A model generated the notes under the pieces. The model saw nothing but the letters and a program-made list of their open reading frames with translations. It was not told where the DNA came from and searched no databases. From the NCBI GenBank assembly GCA_963840455.1, contig CAWIYV010000007.1, positions 288,001 to 352,000 of the forward strand: DNA of 64,000 nucleotides. The letters are read 5' to 3'. The stretch is from Nitrospirota bacterium (GTDB lineage: Bacteria; Nitrospirota; UBA9217). Both the position numbers and the translations under genes were made by a program. Shown piece after piece: positions 20,279-29,294 of this stretch (positions are counted from its first letter, which is position 1; every line of letters starts with the position of its first letter).

Positions 20279-20386
20279 TATGCGGCCTTGTTTGTCTTAA
20301 CCAGCAGATTTCTCCCTCCAGAACTCCCGCGTATCGACTGCTAGAAACAAAATCCTGACAAAAAAAAATAGTGCTACAAAAATGCA

Positions 20387-20406
20387 ACCTGTACTTTCGG
20401 ACAGGT
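20387..20406 (+). promoter_or_regulatory. lux box
   Basis: ACCTGTACTTTCGGACAGGT, a 20-bp dyad, 16/20 identical to the V. fischeri lux box as recalled; -10-like GATACT 20 nt downstream. Confidence 0.8.
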
Positions 20407-20925
20407 GACAGGACTTAACGATTCATGATACTTTTAGGCAAGTTCCCTTTGCGAAGATCATCTAGAAATAGGACTAAATAATAGCAAATTCCATTGGCTG
20501 CATGGACTTTCAATCGTAGAGACTGTCATTTTTATATATTACGAATTCTATAGCGAAGCGCAATGTCCAATTCTTCACTCAGTACAATAATCGAGGACAG
20601 ATCTTTGTACGGTGTCACATTATTTATGGTCAAGAAAGTGGTTTTTTCACGGGAGAACTGAAATATTCACCGAGAATCCTATAACCAACTTGAGGCGAAT
20701 AATCAGATAATCAAAAGAAATATAAGGATAATTAGTACTAATACTTTAATAGTATATATCTTGCACGTTCAGGTATAAATCATCCAAGTCGCTTTTAACA
20801 GTCTTAAGGAACAGCATCATTGCATCACGAATATTCATGTTTTTGGTGGTCGCGCATAATATTCGTGCAGCAACAAGGCTCCTTGCCCTGCAGGCGAAGC
20901 AGATAATTGATGAAAGGGGATTACT

Positions 20926-23900
20926 ATGGAAGAGTCGGTCGCGCGGGGTAGAACGAGGGGGAAGGATCCTATAAAACGGTTCAGGGCAACGGCATGGAGA
21001 AAGTCATTGCTTCCAGTTATGGTGCTGGCCATCGCTCTGCTTATAGTTGGTAAGCCGGCATCGGCTGAGATCACGATGTCGTTCACACAGCCTGCTTTAG
21101 CAACGGGATTTTACCATACCGTGGCTCTGAAAAGTGACGGGACAATAATGGCCTGGGGCTATGACTATTATGGTCAGACCACAGTTCCAGCCGGCCTCAC
21201 CGGTGTTACCGCTGTAGCTGCAGGTGCGTACCATACGGTAGCTTTGAAAAATGACGGGACAGTGGTGGCCTGGGGTTGGAATAATTACGGTCAGAGTACA
21301 GTGCCTGCATTCCTTTCCGGTGTTACAGCAATAGCTGCTGGTGCCTATCATACCGTGGCTCTGAAGAGCGACGGGACCGTCTTGGCCTGGGGCAGGAACC
21401 AAAATGGTGAGAGCACCGTCCCTGCTGGTTTATCCGGCGTTATCGCAATATCAGCAGCAGGGTATCATACGTTGGTCCTGAAGAGTGATGGGACCGTCGT
21501 GGGATGGGGTTATAACGTAAACGGTGAGAGCACCGTGCCTGCGGATCTCACGGGTGTTACCGCTATCGCAGCAGGGGGGTATCATTCGGTCGCCCTGAAG
21601 ACCGATGGGACTATTGTCACCTGGGGCAGGAACGTGGAGGGTCAGTGCACCGTGCCTGCAGGCCTTACCGGTGTTGTCGCTATTGCCGCAGGAACGAATC
21701 ATACGACAGTTCTGAAAAGCGATGGTACCGTCATGGTCTGGGGTGATAATACTTACGGAGAGACCTCTGTGCCAGCGGATCTCACCGGTGTTACCGCTCT
21801 TGTGGCAGGAAAAGAGCATACTGTGGCACTGAAGAGCGACGGGACAGCGGTGGCCTGGGGTAGGAACACGTACGGCGAGTGCACCGTGCCTGCTGGCCTT
21901 AACCTTATAACGAGATACCGCGTAACGGCAAACACACCGGCCATAGCAGCAGGAGATAGTCATACCGTAGCATTAAAAAGCGACGGGACAGTGGTCGCCT
22001 GGGGCAGGAACCAATATGGTGAGAGCACCGTGCCTGAAGGGCTTTCCGGTATTACTGCAGTGGCAGCAGGAGGGTCTCATACCGTGGCCCTGAAGAGCGA
22101 TGGCACCGTGGCGGCCTGGGGAAACAATGACCAAGGTCAGACCACCGTGCCAGCGGGCCTGATCGATGTTGCCTACATTGCAGCAGGTGGGTCTCATACC
22201 GTGGCTCTGAAGAGCGACGGGACCGTCGCGGCCTGGGGCGATAACACTTACGGCGAGAGCGCCGTGCCTATTGGCCTTAGCGGTGTTACCGCAATAGCGG
22301 CAGGGGCGCATCATACCTCAGCCCTGAAGAGCGATGGCAACGTGGTCGCCTGGGGCGATAACACTTACGGCCAGAGCGCCGTGCCCATTAGCCTTAGCGA
22401 TGTTACCGCAATAGCGGCAGGGGCGCATCATACCACGGCCCTGAAAAGCGACGGCACCGTGGTCGCCTGGGGCGATAACCTATATGGCGAGAGCGCCGTG
22501 CCTGAGGCCCTCTCAGGAGTCATTGCTATATCCGCGGGAGGGTTTCATACCGTGGCCTTGAAAAGCGACGGAACCATGGTGACCTGGGGCGGCAATGATG
22601 AAGGTCAGACCACCGTTCCGGTCGGCCTGACCGGTGTAGTTTACATAGGAGCAGGAGGGTTTCATACCGTGGCCCTGAAGAGCGACGGGACCGTGGCGGC
22701 CTGGGGCAGCAATAATCAAGGTCAGACCACCGTTCCAGCGCGTCTTAACCTTGGCTCCGGCCGTATCTCCTGTATCCCAGCCTCGGTGGGCTACAACTCG
22801 AGTTCAGCATGCATGATAATGCCGGGTATAGGGTATCAGGTCATAGACGTAAAAGCTGGACCGACCGGAGGAGTCATGAGCTCAGTAGGCGCGGGCACAT
22901 CCTACACCATAGGCAACATCACTGCTGACATGTTTATAGCGGCAACATTCGGAGCGAATCCGATGTCAGATACCACTCCGCCAACAACAACAGCATCGCC
23001 CGCAGAAGGAATGTTTAGCGTTGCCCAGAGCATAACGTTGAGCTGCAATGACGGCAGTGGAAGCGGCTGTAACTCTACTTACTATTGCCTCGGCCCCGGT
23101 TGTACCCCCGCAACTTTATACCGTGGGGATTTTACAATAGCAAACTCCACTAATCTGAGGTTCGCCTCTATTGATAATGCCGGGAACGCCGAAACCATAA
23201 GAACGCTGACATTCACCATTACCATGGTCAATCCCACATTGAGTGCCACAGCCGGACCAAACGGCAGCATCACCCCGTCTGGCACCTTGACCGTCCCCTC
23301 AGGGGGGAATGGAGCATTCACCGTCACGCCGAATGCAGGGTACCGCGTATCTGACGTTCTGATTGACGGGGTGTCAGTAGGCGCGCTGGCCTCGTACACG
23401 TTCTCCAACGTCCAGACGGACCACACGATCAGCGCGGCCTTTACCTTGGATGTCTATACCGTCACGGCAACAGCCGAAGTCAACGGTAGCATCACGCCTT
23501 CGGGCACGACAACGATGAACAAAGGGGGCAGCCTCACCTACACGATCATCCCGGATGCGGGGTACGATGTGCAAAGCGTGATTGTTGATGGCGCAACCAA
23601 GGGTGCAATCACCAGCCACACCTTTGCGAACATCACGGCGAACCACACTATCACCGCCTACTTCAAGGTGAAGACCTTCACCATCACGGCCAGCGCGAGA
23701 ACAGGGGGGAGCATAACATGGCCCTTGGGCGTTACCACTTTTAACATTGGTGCCAGCCAGACCTACACCGTCACGCCCACGGCAGGGTACCATGTCACTG
23801 ACGTCCAGGTTGACGGGGTGTCAGTCGGCGCGGTGACCACGTATACCTTTACGAACATCACGAGCGACCACACCATTGCGGCGACGTTTGGATTGAATCC

Positions 23901-25902
23901 ATCGTACCCCATCACCGCCAGCGCAGGAGCGAACGGCACCTTGTCGCCGTCGGGCAACGTGTCTGTGGTGGGCGGCACCAGCAAGACATTCACCATGACA
24001 CCAAATGCGGGGTACCGCGTGGATGACGTTCTGGTTGACGGGGCATCAGTAGGTGCGGTTACCTCGTATACGTTTTCCAGCGTCCAGACGGACCACACGA
24101 TCAGCGCGACCTTTACATTGGATGTCTATACCGTTACGGCCGCGGCCGACGTCAACGGTAGTATCACGCCGTCGGGCGCAATAACGGTGAACAAGGGGGA
24201 CAACCTCACCTACACGATCACCGCCAATGCAGGGTACGATGTGCAGAACGTGATCGTTGACGGCGCAAGTAAGGGTGCGATAACCAGCTACACCTTTGCG
24301 AACATTACGGCGAACCACACCATCAACGCATACTTCAAGGTGAAGACGTATACCATCACGCCTAGTATAGGAACAGGGGGGAGCATATCGCCGTTGGGCA
24401 TTACCACTGTGAACATTGGTGCCAGCCAGACCTACACCATCACACCCATGGCAGGATATCATATTATGGATGTCCTGATTGATGGGGTGTCCGTCGGTGC
24501 GGCGGCCACATATGCCTTTACGAATGTCACGAGCAACCATACGATTGCGGCGATATTTGAAGCGAATCCATCGTACACCATAACGGCCAGTGCGGGAGCG
24601 AACGGCGCCTTATCGCCGTCGGGCAATGTGTCAGTGTTGGGCGGCACCAACCGGATATTCACCGTCACGCCGAATGCGGGGTATCGCGTGGTCGATGTGA
24701 CCGTTGATGGAACATCCGCCGGCCCGTTGACGTCATATACCTTTGCCAATATAACACAGGACCACTCCATCTCGGCAACATTTACCCTGATACTGTACTA
24801 CAACATCACTGCCAGTGCGGGGCCGAATGGTAGCATATCGCCGACAGGCACGGCATCCGTGCCGGAGTTCACAAACCGGACCTACACTATCACGCCGGAT
24901 GCGGGGTACCGCGTAGCCGACGTACTGGTTGACGGGGTATCAGTAGGAGCGCCGACCTCGTACACCTTCTACAACGTCCAAACGCCCCACACGATCAGCG
25001 CGGCCTTTACCCTGGATGTCTATACCGTTACGGCAGCAGCCGACGTCAACGGCAGCATCACGCCGTTGGGTACGACCACAGTGAACAGTGGGAATAGTCA
25101 GACCTATACGATTGCGCCGAATCAAGGATACCAGGTGCTGAGCGTGTTAGTTGACGGCGCGAACAAAGGTGCAATAACCAGCTACACCTTTGCGAACATC
25201 ACGGCGAACCACACCATCAACGCCTATTTCAAGGTGCTTACCTATACCATCACGGCCAGTGCAGGTACAGGAGGGAGCATATCGCCGTTGGGCACTACCA
25301 CGGTGAATATTGGTGCCAGCCAGACCTACACCATCACACCCACGGCAGGATATCATATTATGGATGTCCTGGTTGATGGCGTGTCCGTCGGTGCCGTGGC
25401 TACGTATACCTTCACGAACGTAACGGCGAGCCACACGATCGCGGCTATTTTTGCAGCGAACTCATCGTACATCATCACGGCCAGCGCCGGAGCGAACGGG
25501 ACCATATCCCCGGGCACGGTGACAGTACTGGGCGGCGCAAACCAGAAATTCACCATCGCCGCTGCCACAGGGTACCGCGTGGCTGATGTTCTGGTGGATG
25601 GCGTATCAGTGGGTGCGCGGACCTCGTACACGTTTTATAGTATTCAGGTGGACCACACGATCAGTGCCTCCTTCACGCTCGATGTCTATACCATCACGGC
25701 CGCAGCGGACATGAACGGGAGCATTACGCCATCGGGCACGTTGACGGTGAACAAAGGCGCCAGTCAGACCTACACAATCACACCTGCTGCAGGTAGGCAG
25801 GTGCGGAGCGTGATCGTTGACGGGGCGAACAGGGGTGCAATAACCAGCTTTACCTTTACGAACATCACGGCGAACCGCACCATCAACGCATACTTCAAGT
25901 AA
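20926..25902 (+). CDS. Large secreted protein: two 7-repeat RCC1/BLIP-II-like propellers, a chitobiase-C-like Ig domain and 12 InlB B-repeat-like domains
   Basis: Signal peptide ending PASA; 14 x 39-aa AIAAGxxHTVALKSDGTVVAWGxNxxGxxTVP; 12 x ~74-aa YTITASAGxNGSISP...GYxVxDVxVDG...YTFxNVxxxHTIxAxF. Confidence 0.9.
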   Translation: MEESVARGRTRGKDPIKRFRATAWRKSLLPVMVLAIALLIVGKPASAEITMSFTQPALATGFYHTVALKSDGTIMAWGYDYYGQTTVPAGLTGVTAVAAGAYHTVALKNDGTVVAWGWNNYGQSTVPAFLSGVTAIAAGAYHTVALKSDGTVLAWGRNQNGESTVPAGLSGVIAISAAGYHTLVLKSDGTVVGWGYNVNGESTVPADLTGVTAIAAGGYHSVALKTDGTIVTWGRNVEGQCTVPAGLTGVVAIAAGTNHTTVLKSDGTVMVWGDNTYGETSVPADLTGVTALVAGKEHTVALKSDGTAVAWGRNTYGECTVPAGLNLITRYRVTANTPAIAAGDSHTVALKSDGTVVAWGRNQYGESTVPEGLSGITAVAAGGSHTVALKSDGTVAAWGNNDQGQTTVPAGLIDVAYIAAGGSHTVALKSDGTVAAWGDNTYGESAVPIGLSGVTAIAAGAHHTSALKSDGNVVAWGDNTYGQSAVPISLSDVTAIAAGAHHTTALKSDGTVVAWGDNLYGESAVPEALSGVIAISAGGFHTVALKSDGTMVTWGGNDEGQTTVPVGLTGVVYIGAGGFHTVALKSDGTVAAWGSNNQGQTTVPARLNLGSGRISCIPASVGYNSSSACMIMPGIGYQVIDVKAGPTGGVMSSVGAGTSYTIGNITADMFIAATFGANPMSDTTPPTTTASPAEGMFSVAQSITLSCNDGSGSGCNSTYYCLGPGCTPATLYRGDFTIANSTNLRFASIDNAGNAETIRTLTFTITMVNPTLSATAGPNGSITPSGTLTVPSGGNGAFTVTPNAGYRVSDVLIDGVSVGALASYTFSNVQTDHTISAAFTLDVYTVTATAEVNGSITPSGTTTMNKGGSLTYTIIPDAGYDVQSVIVDGATKGAITSHTFANITANHTITAYFKVKTFTITASARTGGSITWPLGVTTFNIGASQTYTVTPTAGYHVTDVQVDGVSVGAVTTYTFTNITSDHTIAATFGLNPSYPITASAGANGTLSPSGNVSVVGGTSKTFTMTPNAGYRVDDVLVDGASVGAVTSYTFSSVQTDHTISATFTLDVYTVTAAADVNGSITPSGAITVNKGDNLTYTITANAGYDVQNVIVDGASKGAITSYTFANITANHTINAYFKVKTYTITPSIGTGGSISPLGITTVNIGASQTYTITPMAGYHIMDVLIDGVSVGAAATYAFTNVTSNHTIAAIFEANPSYTITASAGANGALSPSGNVSVLGGTNRIFTVTPNAGYRVVDVTVDGTSAGPLTSYTFANITQDHSISATFTLILYYNITASAGPNGSISPTGTASVPEFTNRTYTITPDAGYRVADVLVDGVSVGAPTSYTFYNVQTPHTISAAFTLDVYTVTAAADVNGSITPLGTTTVNSGNSQTYTIAPNQGYQVLSVLVDGANKGAITSYTFANITANHTINAYFKVLTYTITASAGTGGSISPLGTTTVNIGASQTYTITPTAGYHIMDVLVDGVSVGAVATYTFTNVTASHTIAAIFAANSSYIITASAGANGTISPGTVTVLGGANQKFTIAAATGYRVADVLVDGVSVGARTSYTFYSIQVDHTISASFTLDVYTITAAADMNGSITPSGTLTVNKGASQTYTITPAAGRQVRSVIVDGANRGAITSFTFTNITANRTINAYFK
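21091..22752 (+). repeat. 14 intragenic 117-bp RCC1-like repeats (7+7)
   Basis: Recurring CATACCGTGGCxCTGAAGAGCGACGG...GCCTGGGG. Confidence 0.9.
23233..25899 (+). repeat. 12 intragenic ~222-bp B-repeat-like units
   Basis: Order A-B-C-A-B-C-A'-A-B-C-A-B by terminal motifs FTLD, YFK(V), F..NP/NS. Confidence 0.85.
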
Positions 25903-25930
25903 TGTCCTGATGGCGCAATAAAATAGAGAC

Positions 25931-25960
25931 GGCCGGACATGAACTGTCCGGCCTTATTTT
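25931..25960 (+). terminator. Intrinsic terminator after the giant protein gene
   Basis: GGCCGGACA-TGAAC-TGTCCGGCC-TTATTTT. Confidence 0.8.
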
Positions 25961-26136
25961 ACCGTTAAGAGCATATCCCCTTCGTATATAGTATATACAC
26001 CATTCCATAAGTGAGAAAACAGCCCAAGTGAGGAAAACCATTTCCATCTACCTGTACTTATCACGGGCACAAGTGATTGTAGCGCGGGGGAACATAAAAG
26101 CGGCAGTCTGTAACTCTGTAAGATGTAAGGGTGATC

Positions 26137-26191
26137 TGGTGCCGCTGACCGGGGTCGAACCGGTACGGGAGTTGCGCCCGAGGGATTTTAA
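26137..26191 (-). repeat. Displaced 3' half of tRNA-Leu (att site, proximal)
   Basis: Identical 31-nt 3' end, different variable arm, similarity extends to the anticodon loop (CGAGGGATTTTAA). Confidence 0.93.
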
Positions 26192-26541
26192 AACGATAAA
26201 CACTGATTTAGTGATTTTCTATTAGCCCTTGAAATCATGGATATATTCTTTGATCTAAGGGCTTTTCTCGTTTCAAGACCTTGGTTACTATTTGGCGGGT
26301 TTTGTGAGGTTTTCTATCCGCTCGGGCATAGTTCGGGCATAAGGGAGTGGGGAGGGCGGGATTGACAAAATTGATGCTTATGAGTTTTGGTAAGTAAATT
26401 AAATTATACATAAAGCAAAAGATAATTTTCTCCCGCTTTTCTCAAATTGGATAACTCACTTAGGTTAACGAGAAATGGACAAAAAAGGTGAAAATCTCTG
26501 AGTGAGAGAGCAATGTAAATGAAGATATGACTCGTAACCTT

Positions 26542-26571
26542 AAAAAAGCCTTGCCTCATAAGAGGTAAGGC
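26542..26571 (-). terminator. Intrinsic terminator of the lipoprotein gene
   Basis: A6 then GCCTTGCCTC-ATAA-GAGGTAAGGC. Confidence 0.75.
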
Positions 26572-26608
26572 CAATTCTGTTATTATTATTTCTTAAATTA
26601 GTATAAAA

Positions 26609-27046
26609 TTACTGCTTTATCAAATCAATACTGTCTTCACTGACTTTATTGAAACTGAAAACATCATCATATTCGGTGACATTCCCCACAAGGTGACCCG
26701 ACGCATTTATGCTTAATGCACCAATTGCTTTATAGGTAACCCAACGATAATAATAATAACAAGATATCATGCCATTATCACCTATCCTGCCCGAAACAGT
26801 ACCAGATTCATTATCTGAGTTAACAACACTTCCAGTTACATTCCCACTTTCTGAAATTGTAATATCCAAAGTTCCAGTCACATATGTGGTATCAACCCAT
26901 GCGCCTTTCCAATGGCCAGCATAAGGTGAAGGAGTTGAAGGTGAACTACTATCACCGCCACAACCGATAAAGACGCTTGCTACTAACAAAAAAATAAAAA
27001 AGGCCGATAGACTTCTGGTCCTAAACATAGCATCACCTTCGGACAA
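26609..27046 (-). CDS. Hypothetical lipoprotein, beta-strand rich
   Basis: Hydrophobic signal ending FIG-C, Ser/Pro linker, YAGHWKG; low GC; ATG at 27028 is an alternative start. Confidence 0.75.
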   Translation of the reverse strand: MSEGDAMFRTRSLSAFFIFLLVASVFIGCGGDSSSPSTPSPYAGHWKGAWVDTTYVTGTLDITISESGNVTGSVVNSDNESGTVSGRIGDNGMISCYYYYRWVTYKAIGALSINASGHLVGNVTEYDDVFSFNKVSEDSIDLIKQ

Positions 27047-27209
27047 TGTAGAACATTATTTTACTAATTATATCAAAAAAGACATAAGGCACGTTTTTTA
27101 CCTCAATTTGTCAAGAAAATGGTAATAGAGTGCCCAGGAGGCATTCCACTTGCGGCAATACAGGGCAGACAGATCACGGGTGAGCTGATATCGCGAGTCA
27201 TTGAAAAAG

Positions 27210-27298
27210 TGGTGCCGCTGACCGGGGTCGAACCGGTACGACAGTTTCCCGTCGAGGGATTTTAAGTCCCTTGCGTCTGCCAATTCCGCCACAGCGGC
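27210..27298 (-). tRNA. tRNA-Leu(TAA)
   Basis: GCCGCTG acceptor stem, AGGGA-CTTAAAA-TCCCT anticodon arm, long variable arm, GTTCGA T-loop, encoded CCA. Confidence 0.97.
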
Positions 27299-27398
27299 CT
27301 GTGGTGACAGGACAGGGAAATAATCGGGGAAACTACGAGCTTTGTCAAGGAAATTTGTCGGTCGAGGGATATTTCCCAGTCTCGGGAAGCTGCTCTGG

Positions 27399-27725
27399 CT
27401 ATTGCATTCCCGCGAGGTAATCGGCGAGAGCGTTGATGTCCCGTTCCGAAAGACGGGTACCGAAGGCCGGCATATCGGTGCTGGGATTATGGGATTTTGG
27501 GTCTTTGATCTGCTGGACGATATATTCCCGCGAGCGTCTGCTGCCGACGCTCGTGAGGTTGGGGCCGCTCGAGCCGCCCTCGCCGTTGATGGTATGGCAT
27601 TCAATGCATTTTCCGTTATGGAAAAGCTGCGAGCCGCGAGACTCGCATCCCGTAAACATGATCAGGGAGAGGAAAGGGACGGCAATCCACGTAAGGGCGG
27701 TTCTCTGCTTCGTTGTCACAGGCAC
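27399..27725 (-). CDS. Monoheme cytochrome c, probable lipoprotein
   Basis: FTGC lipobox-like, CIECH, GPNLT, distal MP. Confidence 0.88.
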   Translation of the reverse strand: MPVTTKQRTALTWIAVPFLSLIMFTGCESRGSQLFHNGKCIECHTINGEGGSSGPNLTSVGSRRSREYIVQQIKDPKSHNPSTDMPAFGTRLSERDINALADYLAGMQ

Positions 27726-27794
27726 CTCAAAAAAAGGGGAAGTACCGCACGTCGACGGTCCCTCCCGAAATTAATTCAACCGCTTATTTATTCC

Positions 27795-27983
27795 CTACTC
27801 CATCGTGATCGCCTGGACCGGGCAACTGTCAACCGACTGCTGGCAGTCGCAGGTGTCGCAGGCATTGGGGTCCTTCACCCATGCCTTGTCGTCCTTCAAC
27901 TCGTAGACCTTGGGGCAAAGCTCCGAACAGAGCCCGCATCCGATGCAAAGGTCCATGTTTACCACAGGGATTGCCATGTTCAT
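27795..27983 (-). CDS. Small single-cluster ferredoxin
   Basis: CIGCGLC...CP and SCPVQAI; AAGGAAGG SD. Confidence 0.88.
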   Translation of the reverse strand: MNMAIPVVNMDLCIGCGLCSELCPKVYELKDDKAWVKDPNACDTCDCQQSVDSCPVQAITME

Positions 27984-28115
27984 CCTTCCTTTCCGGGATA
28001 ATATCGCCTGTTAAGATATTACCCAATCAGGGATTTTGTTTCAAGCTTAAAGTAGCGCAGCCGCTCGCTTTCTTCCATGATGCAAATCATACTGGTGTGG
28101 AGCGGGAGCTTCGGA

Positions 28116-29126
28116 TCATCCCTTTTCCATCGCCGCGGCTACTGCATCGACGACCATCGCTGCGGTGATCTTTACCATGCATTCTAAATATGCCGGATTG
28201 CTGCAGGTGCGGCTTCGACAGGGGACGCAAGCTACACCTGCGGCCTGGATGACGCGGTGGCCGTTTCCGACCGGTCCGGTGCGTGCCGGGTCAGCGGCGC
28301 CGAAGAGGGCGACGACCTTCGTTCCGACCGCGGTCGCAAGGTGGAGAGGGCCGGTATCTCCGCTTACCAGGACGCTGCATTTTTCGAGGACCGCGCCGAG
28401 CTGGAGCAGGGAGGTCCTGCCGGCAAGCGAAAAGGGTTTGGTGCGGCTCAGGGTACGGATCTCCTCGGCAAGGGGGATATCATCAGGTCCGCCGACGATA
28501 ACCACTTTGCCTGCGAGCTTCCCGGCGATCATATCCGCCAGCTCCGCGAAGCGGGCCGCAGGCCAGCGGTTCACCGCATGGGTCGCACCAGGGTTCAGCG
28601 CGACGACGGGAGCTCCCTCCAGACCGCGGGAGGAAAAAAGTTCTCGTGCAGAGGCCCGTGACGCATCGTCGAGAATGAGTTCGAGGCCCGTGTCTGTGGG
28701 GGATATGCCGAGGGGGGCCAGGGTCTCCAGGTAGTTCACCACCGCATGGACGGTCCTATCCTTCGCCTTGTGGTACACCAGCACGCGGCAGGGAAAAGCA
28801 GCCGATGCGAGGAACCATGCTTTCAGATTGCTGCGCTGGAAGTTCAAGACGAGATCGTAGCGCCTGCTATGGAGCATCCGCCAGAGCTCGCTCTGCGCAG
28901 AGATGGATCGGTGCAGGCCCGAGCGGTCGAAGACGATTGTTTGGCTGACACGGGGGTCGTTCCTGAAGAGCGCAGCGGTGGCCTCGGATCCCACCAGGAT
29001 GGTGATCAGGGCACCCGGCGCGTATTGCTTGAGGGCGCGTATGACGGGTGTCATCTGGAGAAGGTCTCCCACAGCCCCGGGCTTCATGACCAGGATGTTC
29101 CGGTATGGTTCGCGCACGTTCTGCAT
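28116..29126 (-). CDS. GT9 LPS heptosyltransferase (WaaF-like)
   Basis: AVGD, LNPGA, RWP, DTGPLHLA, LFG. Confidence 0.9.
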   Translation of the reverse strand: MQNVREPYRNILVMKPGAVGDLLQMTPVIRALKQYAPGALITILVGSEATAALFRNDPRVSQTIVFDRSGLHRSISAQSELWRMLHSRRYDLVLNFQRSNLKAWFLASAAFPCRVLVYHKAKDRTVHAVVNYLETLAPLGISPTDTGLELILDDASRASARELFSSRGLEGAPVVALNPGATHAVNRWPAARFAELADMIAGKLAGKVVIVGGPDDIPLAEEIRTLSRTKPFSLAGRTSLLQLGAVLEKCSVLVSGDTGPLHLATAVGTKVVALFGAADPARTGPVGNGHRVIQAAGVACVPCRSRTCSNPAYLECMVKITAAMVVDAVAAAMEKG

Positions 29127-29294
29127 ACGGTCTGCGACGAATCATAGTATAAAACCGGCAAGCCCGCAACAGGAATCAGTGCATGTCTCCGGCCGCTATG
29201 GCCATGAGAAGTAAAAAGAACTTTACAAAATAACTGCTTTCCCCTATTATGGGTGACGATGAACTCTTGGAATTTATTCTTGTTTTCCCGAGAG

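Larger units (their letters stand above)
18700..26136. mobile_element. Integrase-less genomic island B at tRNA-Leu (luxR plus giant repeat protein)
   Basis: Bounded by two tRNA 3'-half repeats; AT-rich intergenic DNA; arm-like motif at 18804-18830. Confidence 0.8.
26192..27209. mobile_element. Integrase-less ~1-kb islet A at tRNA-Leu (single lipoprotein gene)
   Basis: Lies between the tRNA and the proximal att repeat; strongly AT-rich; arm-like motif at 26314-26340. Confidence 0.8.

Noticed and set aside
20410-20925. c-di-GMP riboswitch or luxI pseudogene in the long leader
   Set aside because: No GEMM consensus or LuxI motif is discernible by eye; an Rfam/tBLASTn search would be needed
21091-25899. 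Regular repeats as a CRISPR array or DGR template/variable repeats
   Set aside because: They are in-frame coding repeats with synonymous variation; no cas or reverse transcriptase gene, and differences are not adenine-specific
26050-26069. Second lux box (ACCTGTACTT...)
   Set aside because: Only a half site; the right half is not symmetric and overlaps the arm-like CGGGCACA motif
18647-26191. The two tRNA fragments as additional or split tRNA genes
   Set aside because: They lack the 5' acceptor strand and D-arm and no separate 5' halves are seen; att duplication explains them
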